Shown here one piece after another: positions 26,125 through 35,457 of a stretch of DNA of 64,000 nt (the stretch's first letter is position 1; every line of letters begins with the position of its first letter). Made by a program: the position numbers and the translations under genes. The stretch is taken from the NCBI GenBank assembly GCA_028868515.1, contig JAGWUI010000010.1, positions 29,860 to 93,859 on the forward strand. The letters are read 5' to 3'. Below the pieces are notes generated by a model. That model saw only the letters and a list, made by a program, of their open reading frames with translations. It was not told the origin of the DNA and searched no databases. The DNA is from Gammaproteobacteria bacterium. Its GTDB lineage: Bacteria > Pseudomonadota > Gammaproteobacteria > Pseudomonadales > Moraxellaceae.

Positions 26125-28359
26125 TTAATTGTTGCCGCTGGATGATCGTGCGACAGGTGTTTCATCTGTCGCAGGTTTCTGTGCCGCAACTTTATGCTTA
26201 TTCAGATTAGATTTCATTGCAGCAGTGAGTTCAGGATTCACACCAACTGCAGCTTGGGTATAAATCTGATTCACATCGAGCGGTAAACGACTAAATCCAC
26301 CTTTAGGATCAAGCTCTAACTGTAAAACACGAATCTGATCATATCGATCCTGACTCAAGCTATCTGCATTAGCGCCATCACGCAAAATAGTAGGCTGTAA
26401 GAAAATCAACAAATTATCTTTATTATAAGCGTTTGCTTTAGAACGAAATAAACCACCTAACCATGGAATACTGCCCAATCCAGGAATCGCATTGACAGAC
26501 TGGGTATTATCATCCTGCATCATACCGCCCAACACGATGGTTTGACCGTTATCCGCAAGAACCGTTGTTTTCACTGCGCGCTTGCTGGTGACCACGTCTG
26601 AGGTTGATGCCGTCAGGCTGCTGGTTGGAACGATCGCAGAAACCTCCTGCTCAATCTCTAAACGCAACGTCCCGCCTTCACCAATATGTGGCGTCACCTT
26701 CAAAGTCACCCCAACGTCTTTACGTTCAACCGTTGTAAATGGTGTCGTCGTTCCGCCTACTGCGGCAGTTGTTGCCGTTGTTCCCGTAATAAATGGAACA
26801 TTCTGCCCTACAATCATTTCGGCTTTCACATTATCTAATGCCATCACCGAAGGCACGGAAATCAGATTAGCGCCACTTGTCGTATTCAAAGCATTGATCA
26901 CAGCGCCATAGAATGAGGTTTGACCAGCACTATTGGTTGTGCTCTTACCCAACCCTAACAAAGCGCCATCTGGGGCTTTAATCGAGGTATAACTTTTTGC
27001 TGCGACAGCACCTGCAATTGTTGCAATACTCGCACCCGCATTACTAAAGTTAATCAACCCCACACCACTTGATGCATTACCCAATGCCCACTGCACACCA
27101 AGCTGTTCAACATTACTTCCAGAAACCTCAACAATTGCAGCCTGAATCAAAACTTGCGCACGACGCACATCCAATTGCTCAATCGTACTACCAATCTCGC
27201 GCATCATGGTTGGATCGGCTTTTACAACCACTGCGTTGAGTTCTTCATTGGCAATAATACTGACACCATTTGCAGAGAAAACCGTCGGCATACTAGTGCT
27301 ATTCGTTGAGTTACTACTAGAACTTGAGCTCGATGCGTTATTTGAAGCAGAATCGCTTGGCATACTTGCCGAAGGGGTGCTGCTCGCTGAGTAACCGTTC
27401 GACTTAGAACTACCACTTCCACTTCCTGAAATTAATCCTTGCAACATCGTTGCCATGGATTTTGCGCTCGCATTTTTGAGATGGAATACATGCATTCCTC
27501 CCAAAATATCACGCGGCGGAACGTCAAGTTGGTTAACGAGCGCTTTAATGCGTTGACGCGCCCGATCATCACCTTTCACAAGCAATCGATTATTTCGGCT
27601 ATCCGCGATAATCCGCAACCGCGAACCACGTACATCCTTAGTGACTGACGTGGCAGTTAACGCATCAATTTGAGTAATGAGATCATCGACATTGGTCTCT
27701 TTAAGTGAAATGACTTCCAACTTATCATCTGCACCACCATCTAAAGAACGCACTAATCCCGCCAACTGATCAATGCTACCAGCGCGATCCGACACGATCA
27801 GCGCATTAGTACCCGGTACTGCCGCCAAGTGAGCAAACTGTGACATCAGTGGGCGGATAGCAGGTACTAGATCGTTTGGATTGGTATTGTCGAGCCAGAT
27901 TACCCGTGTCACAACGCCGTCACCACGCGCCTTATTCCGAAAGTCAAAAGGGACACCTGACTGCTTGGCATTGACATCCGGAACCAACTTAATCGTGTTA
28001 CCAGATGGAATCGCAACCACACCATTGACATTCAATACGCCTTGAAACAAGTCATAAACCTGATCACGGTTTAGGGCTTTGTTCGAAATGACCGTCACAT
28101 TCCCTTTTACTCGCGGATCAACCGCGAAATTTTTTCCTGTAATATCCGCAACTTCAGACACAAATGCGTTGATATCCGCATTCATCAAATTAATTTTCCA
28201 AGTCTGCGCAAATGCAGGAAGCGCCAACATCGTAAGTAACGGCAGCGCAACCCAACGTGTAGAACGACGGGTTGTATTAAACTTTGGCATCATATCCTGC
28301 AAATCCATTGGCATTGATCGAGATTGTGGTCTGGCTTGTGGCATCGTTGACTTCGTCAT
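26125..28359 (-). CDS. gspD: Type II secretion system secretin GspD (true start probably an internal Met near 28287, giving a signal peptide)
   Basis: 744 aa. N0/N1 domains (KINLMNADINAFVSEVADITGKNF...), a Ser-rich linker and a C-terminal secretin domain. Immediately follows gspC. Confidence 0.88.
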   Translation of the reverse strand: MTKSTMPQARPQSRSMPMDLQDMMPKFNTTRRSTRWVALPLLTMLALPAFAQTWKINLMNADINAFVSEVADITGKNFAVDPRVKGNVTVISNKALNRDQVYDLFQGVLNVNGVVAIPSGNTIKLVPDVNAKQSGVPFDFRNKARGDGVVTRVIWLDNTNPNDLVPAIRPLMSQFAHLAAVPGTNALIVSDRAGSIDQLAGLVRSLDGGADDKLEVISLKETNVDDLITQIDALTATSVTKDVRGSRLRIIADSRNNRLLVKGDDRARQRIKALVNQLDVPPRDILGGMHVFHLKNASAKSMATMLQGLISGSGSGSSKSNGYSASSTPSASMPSDSASNNASSSSSSSNSTNSTSMPTVFSANGVSIIANEELNAVVVKADPTMMREIGSTIEQLDVRRAQVLIQAAIVEVSGSNVEQLGVQWALGNASSGVGLINFSNAGASIATIAGAVAAKSYTSIKAPDGALLGLGKSTTNSAGQTSFYGAVINALNTTSGANLISVPSVMALDNVKAEMIVGQNVPFITGTTATTAAVGGTTTPFTTVERKDVGVTLKVTPHIGEGGTLRLEIEQEVSAIVPTSSLTASTSDVVTSKRAVKTTVLADNGQTIVLGGMMQDDNTQSVNAIPGLGSIPWLGGLFRSKANAYNKDNLLIFLQPTILRDGANADSLSQDRYDQIRVLQLELDPKGGFSRLPLDVNQIYTQAAVGVNPELTAAMKSNLNKHKVAAQKPATDETPVARSSSGNN

Positions 28360-28399
28360 TTTAATCTTCTGAAACTCAGTAATATCTTAGACAACAAAC

Positions 28400-29242
28400 T
28401 TAAAAGTTCTGTTGTATGGTTAAGGTTTGGTCGCCGCGTTGGATTTGAACTTGTGCACTATGACTTTGCTGCACTTGTTGCAACAATTGTGCATCATTTG
28501 CAGGATTACCAACTGGTTGCCCATTAATCGAAATAACTCGATCTCCTGTACGCAAACCCATCTGATTACGCACATTTGCAGGAACATTGCCAGTTACCTC
28601 ATAACCGTGCCCGCCCCGCCCTGCCATTGCCAAACCCATCTGGTTCAAATAAGCATTTGGATTTGTTTTCATCTGGCGAATTGCATCATCTAGAGCTGCT
28701 TGCGCCTGCTGGTTCGGATTTTGTGGCTGAAAAGCGGGGTTAGGGGTAATCAGTGCATTTGCAGATGAAGCATTACCATCACCAAACTTAAGCGTTTGCA
28801 TCGTACCATCATCGCGTTGTAGCGAGACTTGATTCCAATCCACACTCGCAAGTTGATAATTTGTTCCTTCAATTCTTTGTCCAACTCGGTAACGCGTAGA
28901 CGCATTTTTGACATTAATCACTGCTGCCGAAAGACTATCTGGCTGTGCAACAAACACACCTTCAAGTTGCATCGGTACATCAGGCTGTGAATTACCACTC
29001 GCTGAACCATGTTCAGCAAACAATCTAAATCCAATAATGTTAGGCACATTGTTTGGCACAGCACCACCCAACATCACTGTACGCGCTTGTGGCGCTGTGG
29101 GTGGATTCACAAACAACCAGAACATACTGGCAAGCTGCCAACACAACCAAATCACACCCACAAACAATAGCCACGGTGCAACAAAATCTAAAGAGGACCA
29201 CGAAAAAGTCGAAGCGCGCATTTTTTTCAAACGACTAGCCAT
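28400..29242 (-). CDS. gspC: Type II secretion system protein GspC (TM, HR domain, C-terminal PDZ)
   Basis: 280 aa. N-terminal TM, then a PDZ-like C-terminus (GLRTGDRVISINGQPVGN). Operon position upstream of gspD. Confidence 0.8.
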   Translation of the reverse strand: MASRLKKMRASTFSWSSLDFVAPWLLFVGVIWLCWQLASMFWLFVNPPTAPQARTVMLGGAVPNNVPNIIGFRLFAEHGSASGNSQPDVPMQLEGVFVAQPDSLSAAVINVKNASTRYRVGQRIEGTNYQLASVDWNQVSLQRDDGTMQTLKFGDGNASSANALITPNPAFQPQNPNQQAQAALDDAIRQMKTNPNAYLNQMGLAMAGRGGHGYEVTGNVPANVRNQMGLRTGDRVISINGQPVGNPANDAQLLQQVQQSHSAQVQIQRGDQTLTIQQNF

Positions 29243-30073
29243 TTACATCGCCCCCAAACTACTGAGAGGCTGACGCACAGCGATGACTGCCGTATCCAAT
29301 CCTGCTTGCCCATGATAGCCAGCCACGTTTAAAAGTAGTCGCTGAGTCAATTGCACATCTAACATCATATCTTTTTGTGTTGCATTTTGACCTGAGAGAT
29401 AAAAATCACCCATACGTTCTTTTTGTCCATTGGTCAGTGCGAAATGCAATCGATCACGATCTAAAGATAGTCCACCTAACAAAGGAGGTAAGGTTGCACG
29501 CTCAACACGACCTTCATAAGGATAACCGAGCAAACCACCACCCCAGCTCAACTGACCATCGACTGAAGAAAAAGCGCCGCTGGTATATTGGTCAATTGAA
29601 AGATTTTTCACAATAATCGGACTGCTTGGCCACTGCCACGGAATGAGTGCCTGTAAAGTTTCTGGTTGGATATTGCCATTCAGTGAATCGAGATGCCAAT
29701 GATTAGGGCTGCGCGTAATAATCGCTTGCAGCTGAGTATCGCCAGTTTTCAAAGTAACATTGGCACTGACTCTAAAAAACAACAACATCCAAGGGCGGGT
29801 TTGCCATGAGATCACACCTTGTGCATCTTTATAATGCCAATCACCTTGACCATGCCACAAATTACCACTCACATTATCAAGATACGGATTATTAGGCATC
29901 ACACGCGCAATAACCCACGCCGCAGGTAACTGCAACATGATAAATGACAGCAGCATTACTGATGCGAAAGCCCACCAATATCCACTCGGTCTGTTTTTTT
30001 TATTCAACGGCACAACTCGGCTCACAAACCACTCATCCAAAATAAAATCATCCTGACCGCCGATTATGCGCAA
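29243..30073 (-). CDS. gspN: Type II secretion system protein GspN (start possibly the GTG at 30025)
   Basis: 276 aa with a single N-terminal TM. It abuts gspC with 0-nt spacing, the typical gspN-C-D arrangement in Acinetobacter-like genomes. The assignment rests on context plus topology. Confidence 0.6.
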   Translation of the reverse strand: MRIIGGQDDFILDEWFVSRVVPLNKKNRPSGYWWAFASVMLLSFIMLQLPAAWVIARVMPNNPYLDNVSGNLWHGQGDWHYKDAQGVISWQTRPWMLLFFRVSANVTLKTGDTQLQAIITRSPNHWHLDSLNGNIQPETLQALIPWQWPSSPIIVKNLSIDQYTSGAFSSVDGQLSWGGGLLGYPYEGRVERATLPPLLGGLSLDRDRLHFALTNGQKERMGDFYLSGQNATQKDMMLDVQLTQRLLLNVAGYHGQAGLDTAVIAVRQPLSSLGAM

Positions 30074-30246
30074 TTATCATGACAAACAGAATCCCTAAAT
30101 CATATTCTTCTATCAATCATTCTCGTCATTACACCAAATTACAACATCAAAAAAGACTTTTATTCACAAATGCATAAAAAAACACCCGAGAAATTCGAGT
30201 GTTTTATTCGCAACAAGTCATATCTTTGGATATTGATTTACAGCAA

Positions 30247-30582
30247 TCAGATGAGAAAATCTTCTTTTTTAGCACCTGTTGCCATTTTAGCAGCCAACCA
30301 ACGTGGAGGCTTACCACGCCCAGTCCATGTTTCACTGGTATTATCTGGATTACGATAACGTGCTTCTACAGGTTTACGTGGCGCAGAGTGACCACGACCT
30401 GCGCGTGCTCGCCCTGCTGCAATCAGCTCATCCAAAGTCATATTTAATTCACGTGCAATTTTTTCAATTTGGGCATAACCCTCTTTAATTGCATCTACAT
30501 ATTTAGTTTCTACTAAACTTTCTGCTTCACTAATCACACGCTTCAGTTCTGCAACCGAAAGATGACTTAAATCGGTACTCAT
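30247..30582 (-). CDS. hns: H-NS family nucleoid-associated protein
   Basis: 111 aa. N-terminal coiled-coil dimerisation region and a C-terminal TWTGRGKPP DNA-binding motif (the H-NS TWTG-GR-P signature). A very AT-rich 350-bp upstream region follows. Confidence 0.85.
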   Translation of the reverse strand: MSTDLSHLSVAELKRVISEAESLVETKYVDAIKEGYAQIEKIARELNMTLDELIAAGRARAGRGHSAPRKPVEARYRNPDNTSETWTGRGKPPRWLAAKMATGAKKEDFLI

Positions 30583-30844
30583 AATGTTATTCCATCAATA
30601 ATGTAAATATATGACTCATAAAAATTTAAACAACGACTATTGCTGTACTTCAATTTTTATACATCAACTTCGATAATATTTCTATTAAAAAACTTATGCG
30701 TTCAATATTATTTATTCTGACGCTTTAAAATACTACATCTATTTTGATCAATTTTCTTGTAGTTTATCTAAATAAATACACTAAGTACCTCATCCCAATA
30801 ATATATAGGATTGATCAAAAAACCATTTTTCTAGAATTGATATA

Positions 30845-30873
30845 GTAAAGCCCTTAATCTATAAGGGCTTTAC
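30845..30873 (-). terminator. Terminator hairpin downstream of the flotillin-like gene
   Basis: Perfect 12-bp stem GTAAAGCCCTTA/TAAGGGCTTTAC with a 5-nt loop, ~60 nt after the stop at 30933, followed by T-rich sequence on the minus strand. Confidence 0.55.
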
Positions 30874-30932
30874 TAAAAGCAGAGACATTACAACTCTAAA
30901 CATTCAAACGCTTCAGAATATCGCTTTTATTG

Positions 30933-33068
30933 CTACTCACCATTTGTCTGAATTGGCAGTTGTGATTTATCTCGGTTTAGATCTTTAGAAACCTGTTCTT
31001 TAGAAACTAGGTCTTTAGAAATCAGATTTGCAAGTAATACATTCACCAAAGACTGCCCATTACCCTGACCTTCAGCTCCGCCACCCGCCACCATAATTTG
31101 CGGAACGAGTGGAATTTTAGCCTCAGCGAGAGCACGCCCAACTTCGATCAAGGCATAATTCGACTGCCCAACCGCATTGGTTTTCTTTTGAATAACCTCA
31201 GCTTCCGCAGTACCGACAGCCAAGGTGTTTTCTGCTTTTGCTCGACCAACTACAGATAATACATTCGCATCGGCTTCCGCATTGACGACTTTTGAACGCG
31301 CATCCCCTTCCGCATTGAGCACTTTGGCGTTTTTGTCACCCTCGGCTTTTTTCACCATCGAACTGGCGTTAAATTGAGAGATCTCAACTTCTCGCTCTGC
31401 CGCAACCACACGAGACTGTGAATCAGCAATCGCTTGCGCCTGCTCATATTCTTTACGTGCCACTTGCGCCAGCTCTTGAGTCTTAAAGGTGACCTGTTCC
31501 TGTTCAGCAATTTTGCGATCTGTTAGGGTCTTCATCAACGACTCAGGCGGCACAATGTCACCAATTAACGTGTCCACAGCCACGACGTTGTATTCTTTTA
31601 AGGCATCGCCAATACAAGCTTTTGCATCAGATTGGCGTTGAGTTCGTCCTTTCAAGAAATCAATTACATCAGAACCTTGAGCGGTATTACGGAAGTAATT
31701 GCCAATGGTCGGCTCTAAAACTTGGGTGACTAAATTACCTACACTGCCAAAACGTGCAATCACTTTCGGTGAATCAGCACGTGGAATATGAATAATCTGA
31801 GAAACGTCTAAATTGAAGGTAAAACCATCCGAACTACGCACAGTAATTGTCGATAAATTTTTATCTAAATTATGAGCTTCGGATTTTCCTGTCGCCCAGT
31901 TCAACACGACGTTAGCGGTCGGGACGCATTCAACTTTATGCGTATACGGATTAATCGGATATTTACCCGGATCAAGTGGCTCAACCCAAACGCCCTTCTG
32001 ACCACGCTTGACCAAGTTACCATGTTTGAAATCTTCGCCTGTAACATCCGCACCTTCATCACCGACATAGGCGATCACCACACCCGCATTTGCGATGGGA
32101 ACTTCAGTCATTTTGACCACTTCAACAGTGGCAAACATAGGATTAATAAAATAACGACCCGCAAGAATCACTTGCTCTTGCAAGCCTTTAAAACCGCCCG
32201 CTGTAATAAATGCCTGACCATCTTGGAACAAGTTATGCTGCGTCACTTCCTTGCCCGCAATCTCACCTGTCGGTAAAGCAGCACCTTCTTTGGTGGTGAC
32301 AATCCCGACCATATTGTCTGGAATATCAACAGAATCGACCGTTTTTACAGAAAAAAGACGTGGATTGATCCGATATTGACCATTAGGAATGATCGAAATT
32401 TGTGGACCGCGTTCACCACCAGCAAGCAAAAACTTATGAGCGTCTTGGAACATATTACAACTGACATGTTTCGCTAAGACTCGTCCTACTGGAATCGGAA
32501 TACCACCATGCGCTTCGACAATCCCAATCTGATTTTTATTAATCACGGTCATCGGAACCGTGGTGACCGAAAACAGCAGTGAGTTAATACGGAATGAACC
32601 CTCAGGAATCACCATGGCTTGTGGACCACGTTGTCCACCATTGGTTAGAAATGCGCGCGCATCTTGGAACATATCGCAATCGACATGCAATCCGATGATA
32701 TGGCCATCCATCAAAGGTCCACCATCACGAGACTCAACAATCCCAATATAACCTGCTTGAATTTTGGTTAAAGGTTCATTCTGAACGCTGTATTGCCAAG
32801 GCCAATACCCATAATGAATCCCTGACGCCAATGCATCGACCTGATCACCGGCTTCACCGTTCAGCGCAATAATTTTTCCAGGTGGAAGATCTTTATGAGT
32901 ACCCCAAAGTACGAATTTCTTAGTCACCAAACCAATCATATTGTCTGGAACAATGATCACACCACAGATCCAAAGAATCTTTCTCCAGCAGATTAATGCA
33001 AACAAGATCGGAATAATCCACAAATATGAAATGTAAGGAGAAATCGAAGTGTATAGCGCTGAATCCAT
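30933..33068 (-). CDS. Flotillin-like SPFH/band-7 membrane protein with three extra N-terminal repeat modules (start reassigned to MDSALY..., AGGAG RBS)
   Basis: C-terminal half has a flotillin-type Ala/Glu-rich coiled-coil (EQAQAIADSQSRVVAAEREVE...GGGAEGQGNG). N-terminal TM. Module [IV]P.NM[IV]G[IL]V...MFQDA..FL.AGG.RGPQ...IP.G.[FY]RIN..LFSV.TV occurs three times before the canonical SPFH domain. Confidence 0.7.
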   Translation of the reverse strand: MDSALYTSISPYISYLWIIPILFALICWRKILWICGVIIVPDNMIGLVTKKFVLWGTHKDLPPGKIIALNGEAGDQVDALASGIHYGYWPWQYSVQNEPLTKIQAGYIGIVESRDGGPLMDGHIIGLHVDCDMFQDARAFLTNGGQRGPQAMVIPEGSFRINSLLFSVTTVPMTVINKNQIGIVEAHGGIPIPVGRVLAKHVSCNMFQDAHKFLLAGGERGPQISIIPNGQYRINPRLFSVKTVDSVDIPDNMVGIVTTKEGAALPTGEIAGKEVTQHNLFQDGQAFITAGGFKGLQEQVILAGRYFINPMFATVEVVKMTEVPIANAGVVIAYVGDEGADVTGEDFKHGNLVKRGQKGVWVEPLDPGKYPINPYTHKVECVPTANVVLNWATGKSEAHNLDKNLSTITVRSSDGFTFNLDVSQIIHIPRADSPKVIARFGSVGNLVTQVLEPTIGNYFRNTAQGSDVIDFLKGRTQRQSDAKACIGDALKEYNVVAVDTLIGDIVPPESLMKTLTDRKIAEQEQVTFKTQELAQVARKEYEQAQAIADSQSRVVAAEREVEISQFNASSMVKKAEGDKNAKVLNAEGDARSKVVNAEADANVLSVVGRAKAENTLAVGTAEAEVIQKKTNAVGQSNYALIEVGRALAEAKIPLVPQIMVAGGGAEGQGNGQSLVNVLLANLISKDLVSKEQVSKDLNRDKSQLPIQTNGE

Positions 33069-33405
33069 AAATTTTCTCCTATTATTTATTGAATTTTTTA
33101 CCCTAAAAAGGATATAGCAACACGCCAATCTTAACAATCATCGCTTTATGAAAAATGACAGGCTGATGTTTTTAACCAAAAAAACCGTGGATCCAATTAG
33201 AGCAAAGGTTTCTGCAAGCGAACTATCGCTTACTCCCGTCTTAAATTTGCTTAATCGAGGGAGGAAGTCACTCCTAAATATAATGCTGAAACACTGTTTA
33301 TTGATCGTTTTACATACAACAAAATGGTAAAATAGATGCTTCAAAAATAGGGGGGAAATATTTAGTGCGCATTAGCATTCAATACATACCTATTGGAGAG
33401 ATGTT

Positions 33406-34359
33406 ATGAAGACAAATTGGAGTAAAGTATTAATAATGCTGGCTATATCTGGATTTTATGCAGATGTCGCCATAGCAGCCACGATCAAGGATGATGGCAC
33501 AACAGTCGATGCATCCCACAAATCTGACAACCAATCTGACTACCATCCAACCGGCCGGGGCTGGGGAGAACTGGATACCAGTCACCGTCCCGCAGGGCTC
33601 CTTCGTTCACAAAGAGGCAATCTGACTTATCAAGGTGGACCAGTCATGGCTGGCCCTAAAAACGTTTACTATATCTGGTACGGAACTTGGGATATTGCCT
33701 CAAAGAATGTCCTGACCAATCTGGGAACCACTATCGGGGGCTCACCTTACTTCAACATCAACAGCACCTATTATGATAAAACTGGCGCTCATGTCCAAAA
33801 CTCCGTCACTTATGCAGGTACAGCAACCGACAACAGCTCACTCGGAACTAGTCTATCCGATGCGAACATCCAGACCATCGTGACAAACCAGATCAATTCT
33901 GGCGCACTACCATTAGATCCTAACGGCATATATTTCGTATTGACTGATAAAAATACGAAAGAAACATCAGGTTTCTGCACGAAGTACTGTGGTTGGCATA
34001 CCCATGCCATGATCAATAATACCGATATTAAATATGCATTTATCGGTGATGGAGAAACACAATGTGCCTACGGTTGTGGGGTTAATACCCCTAGCCCAAA
34101 CAACACTCCTGGCGCTGACGCTATGGCCAGCATCATTGCCCATGAGTTGGAAGAAGCCACGACCGACCCTGATTTAAACGCGTGGTACGCGTTGTCTAAC
34201 GGTTATGAAAACGGCGACAAATGTGCTTGGAATTTTGGAGCAACCCGCACTGCATCTAACGGTTCCAGCTACAACCAGACCTTTGGTGCTCTGAATTATC
34301 TGATTCAACAAAACTGGTCTCTACTGCCTATCCAAGGTTGTATGCAACATTATCCCTAG
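33406..34359 (+). CDS. Secreted EXORDIUM/phosphate-induced protein 1 (Phi_1)-like protein
   Basis: 317 aa with a signal peptide (MKTNWSKVLIMLAISGFYADVAIA). Blocks LTYQGGPVMAGPKNVYYIWYG, YFVLTDKNTKETSGFCTKYCGWH and KYAFIGDGETQCAYGC parallel the plant EXORDIUM/Phi_1 conserved blocks as recalled from memory. Confidence 0.6.
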   Translation: MKTNWSKVLIMLAISGFYADVAIAATIKDDGTTVDASHKSDNQSDYHPTGRGWGELDTSHRPAGLLRSQRGNLTYQGGPVMAGPKNVYYIWYGTWDIASKNVLTNLGTTIGGSPYFNINSTYYDKTGAHVQNSVTYAGTATDNSSLGTSLSDANIQTIVTNQINSGALPLDPNGIYFVLTDKNTKETSGFCTKYCGWHTHAMINNTDIKYAFIGDGETQCAYGCGVNTPSPNNTPGADAMASIIAHELEEATTDPDLNAWYALSNGYENGDKCAWNFGATRTASNGSSYNQTFGALNYLIQQNWSLLPIQGCMQHYP

Positions 34360-34498
34360 CGAATAAGCCGAATAAATAAGCCTAATCTTCACATGTCCGT
34401 TGTAGGCAGTGCCTACGACGGCATACGATCCAGAATTCATATCGGAGTTGTCCGTAGTGAAAAGATATTTCTTGTCTTCAGCCTTATTTTTAAATCCA

Positions 34499-35230
34499 AT
34501 GTTTTTAAGTACAGTTCGGTTTATATATCGGATTGGCTTAGGTCTTTTATGTAACCTTCCCCTCTTAACTCATGCCGAAACTTCTGAAGAAAGCCGCATC
34601 AAAGCGGCAATCGAGCCACGTATGGGTAGCAATATCAAAATCGATGCTGTGAGCAAGACTCCCTATGCTGGACTTTATGAGATTCAAACTAATGGCGAGA
34701 TTTTTTATACTGATGAACAGGCTAAATATATCTTTGTGGGCAAAATCATTGATGCACAAACTTACAAAGATTTAACTCGATCAAGGGTTGATCAACTTGA
34801 GGCAATCCATTTTGCTGATCTACCTTTAAACGATGCGATTAAAATTATCAAAGGCAATGGCAAGCGCGTGATGGCAACATTTGAAGACCCCAACTGTCCT
34901 TATTGCAAAAAAATGCATCAGACCTTACAGCATATCGACAATGTCACAATCTACACCTTCCTGTTACCGATCCTCTCGGATGACTCGATGGTAAAATCAA
35001 AAAATATTTGGTGCGCTGCTGATCGCGGTAAAGTATGGCAGGACTGGATGGATCATGATGTCCCTGCACCCCCAGCTCCAGATTGCAAAACACCCCTTGA
35101 GCGTAATTTGGCTTTAGGCAAAAAACTCCGAATGGCTGGAACGCCAACGATCTACTTTTCGGATGGTACGCGCACAGGCAGTGAATTTGACCAACATGCG
35201 CTAGAACAGAAACTGTCATCATTAAAGTAA
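34499..35230 (+). CDS. Periplasmic thiol:disulfide interchange protein, DsbC/DsbG family (CPYC active site)
   Basis: The track ORF starts at 34409. The likely start is the Met at 34499, giving a signal peptide MFLSTVRFIYRIGLGLLCNLPLLTHA. Thioredoxin-fold CxxC = NCPYCKK; size fits DsbG/DsbC. Confidence 0.7.
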   Translation: MFLSTVRFIYRIGLGLLCNLPLLTHAETSEESRIKAAIEPRMGSNIKIDAVSKTPYAGLYEIQTNGEIFYTDEQAKYIFVGKIIDAQTYKDLTRSRVDQLEAIHFADLPLNDAIKIIKGNGKRVMATFEDPNCPYCKKMHQTLQHIDNVTIYTFLLPILSDDSMVKSKNIWCAADRGKVWQDWMDHDVPAPPAPDCKTPLERNLALGKKLRMAGTPTIYFSDGTRTGSEFDQHALEQKLSSLK

Positions 35231-35294
35231 TGATCAAGAAAGTAAGACCAAGTTACAACACCAACTATTCTTGACATTATTTTTGTTGTTCCAT

Positions 35295-35324
35295 AAAAAA
35301 AGCTCATATTTCTATGAGCTTTTT
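35295..35324. terminator. Bidirectional rho-independent terminator (host side of the element's left junction)
   Basis: AAAAAAGCTCATA-tttc-TATGAGCTTTTT perfect hairpin with A- and T-runs, between the convergent dsbG-like gene and the repeat-protein gene. Confidence 0.7.
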
Positions 35325-35457
35325 ACATTCTTTCTTACATTATTTAAAACGGTTATACCTACCTGATACATACTTTATTAATACTATACAACCACTTGAA
35401 CAACGTTTGTATATTATTATGTTAGTTTTAGCTTAATTTAAACAAAATACTTAACAT

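Noticed and set aside
34100-34145. HELEE in the EXORDIUM-like protein as a possible HExxH zincin motif
   Set aside because: The fifth residue is Glu, not His, and no downstream third ligand pattern is present, so this is not a metalloprotease signature.
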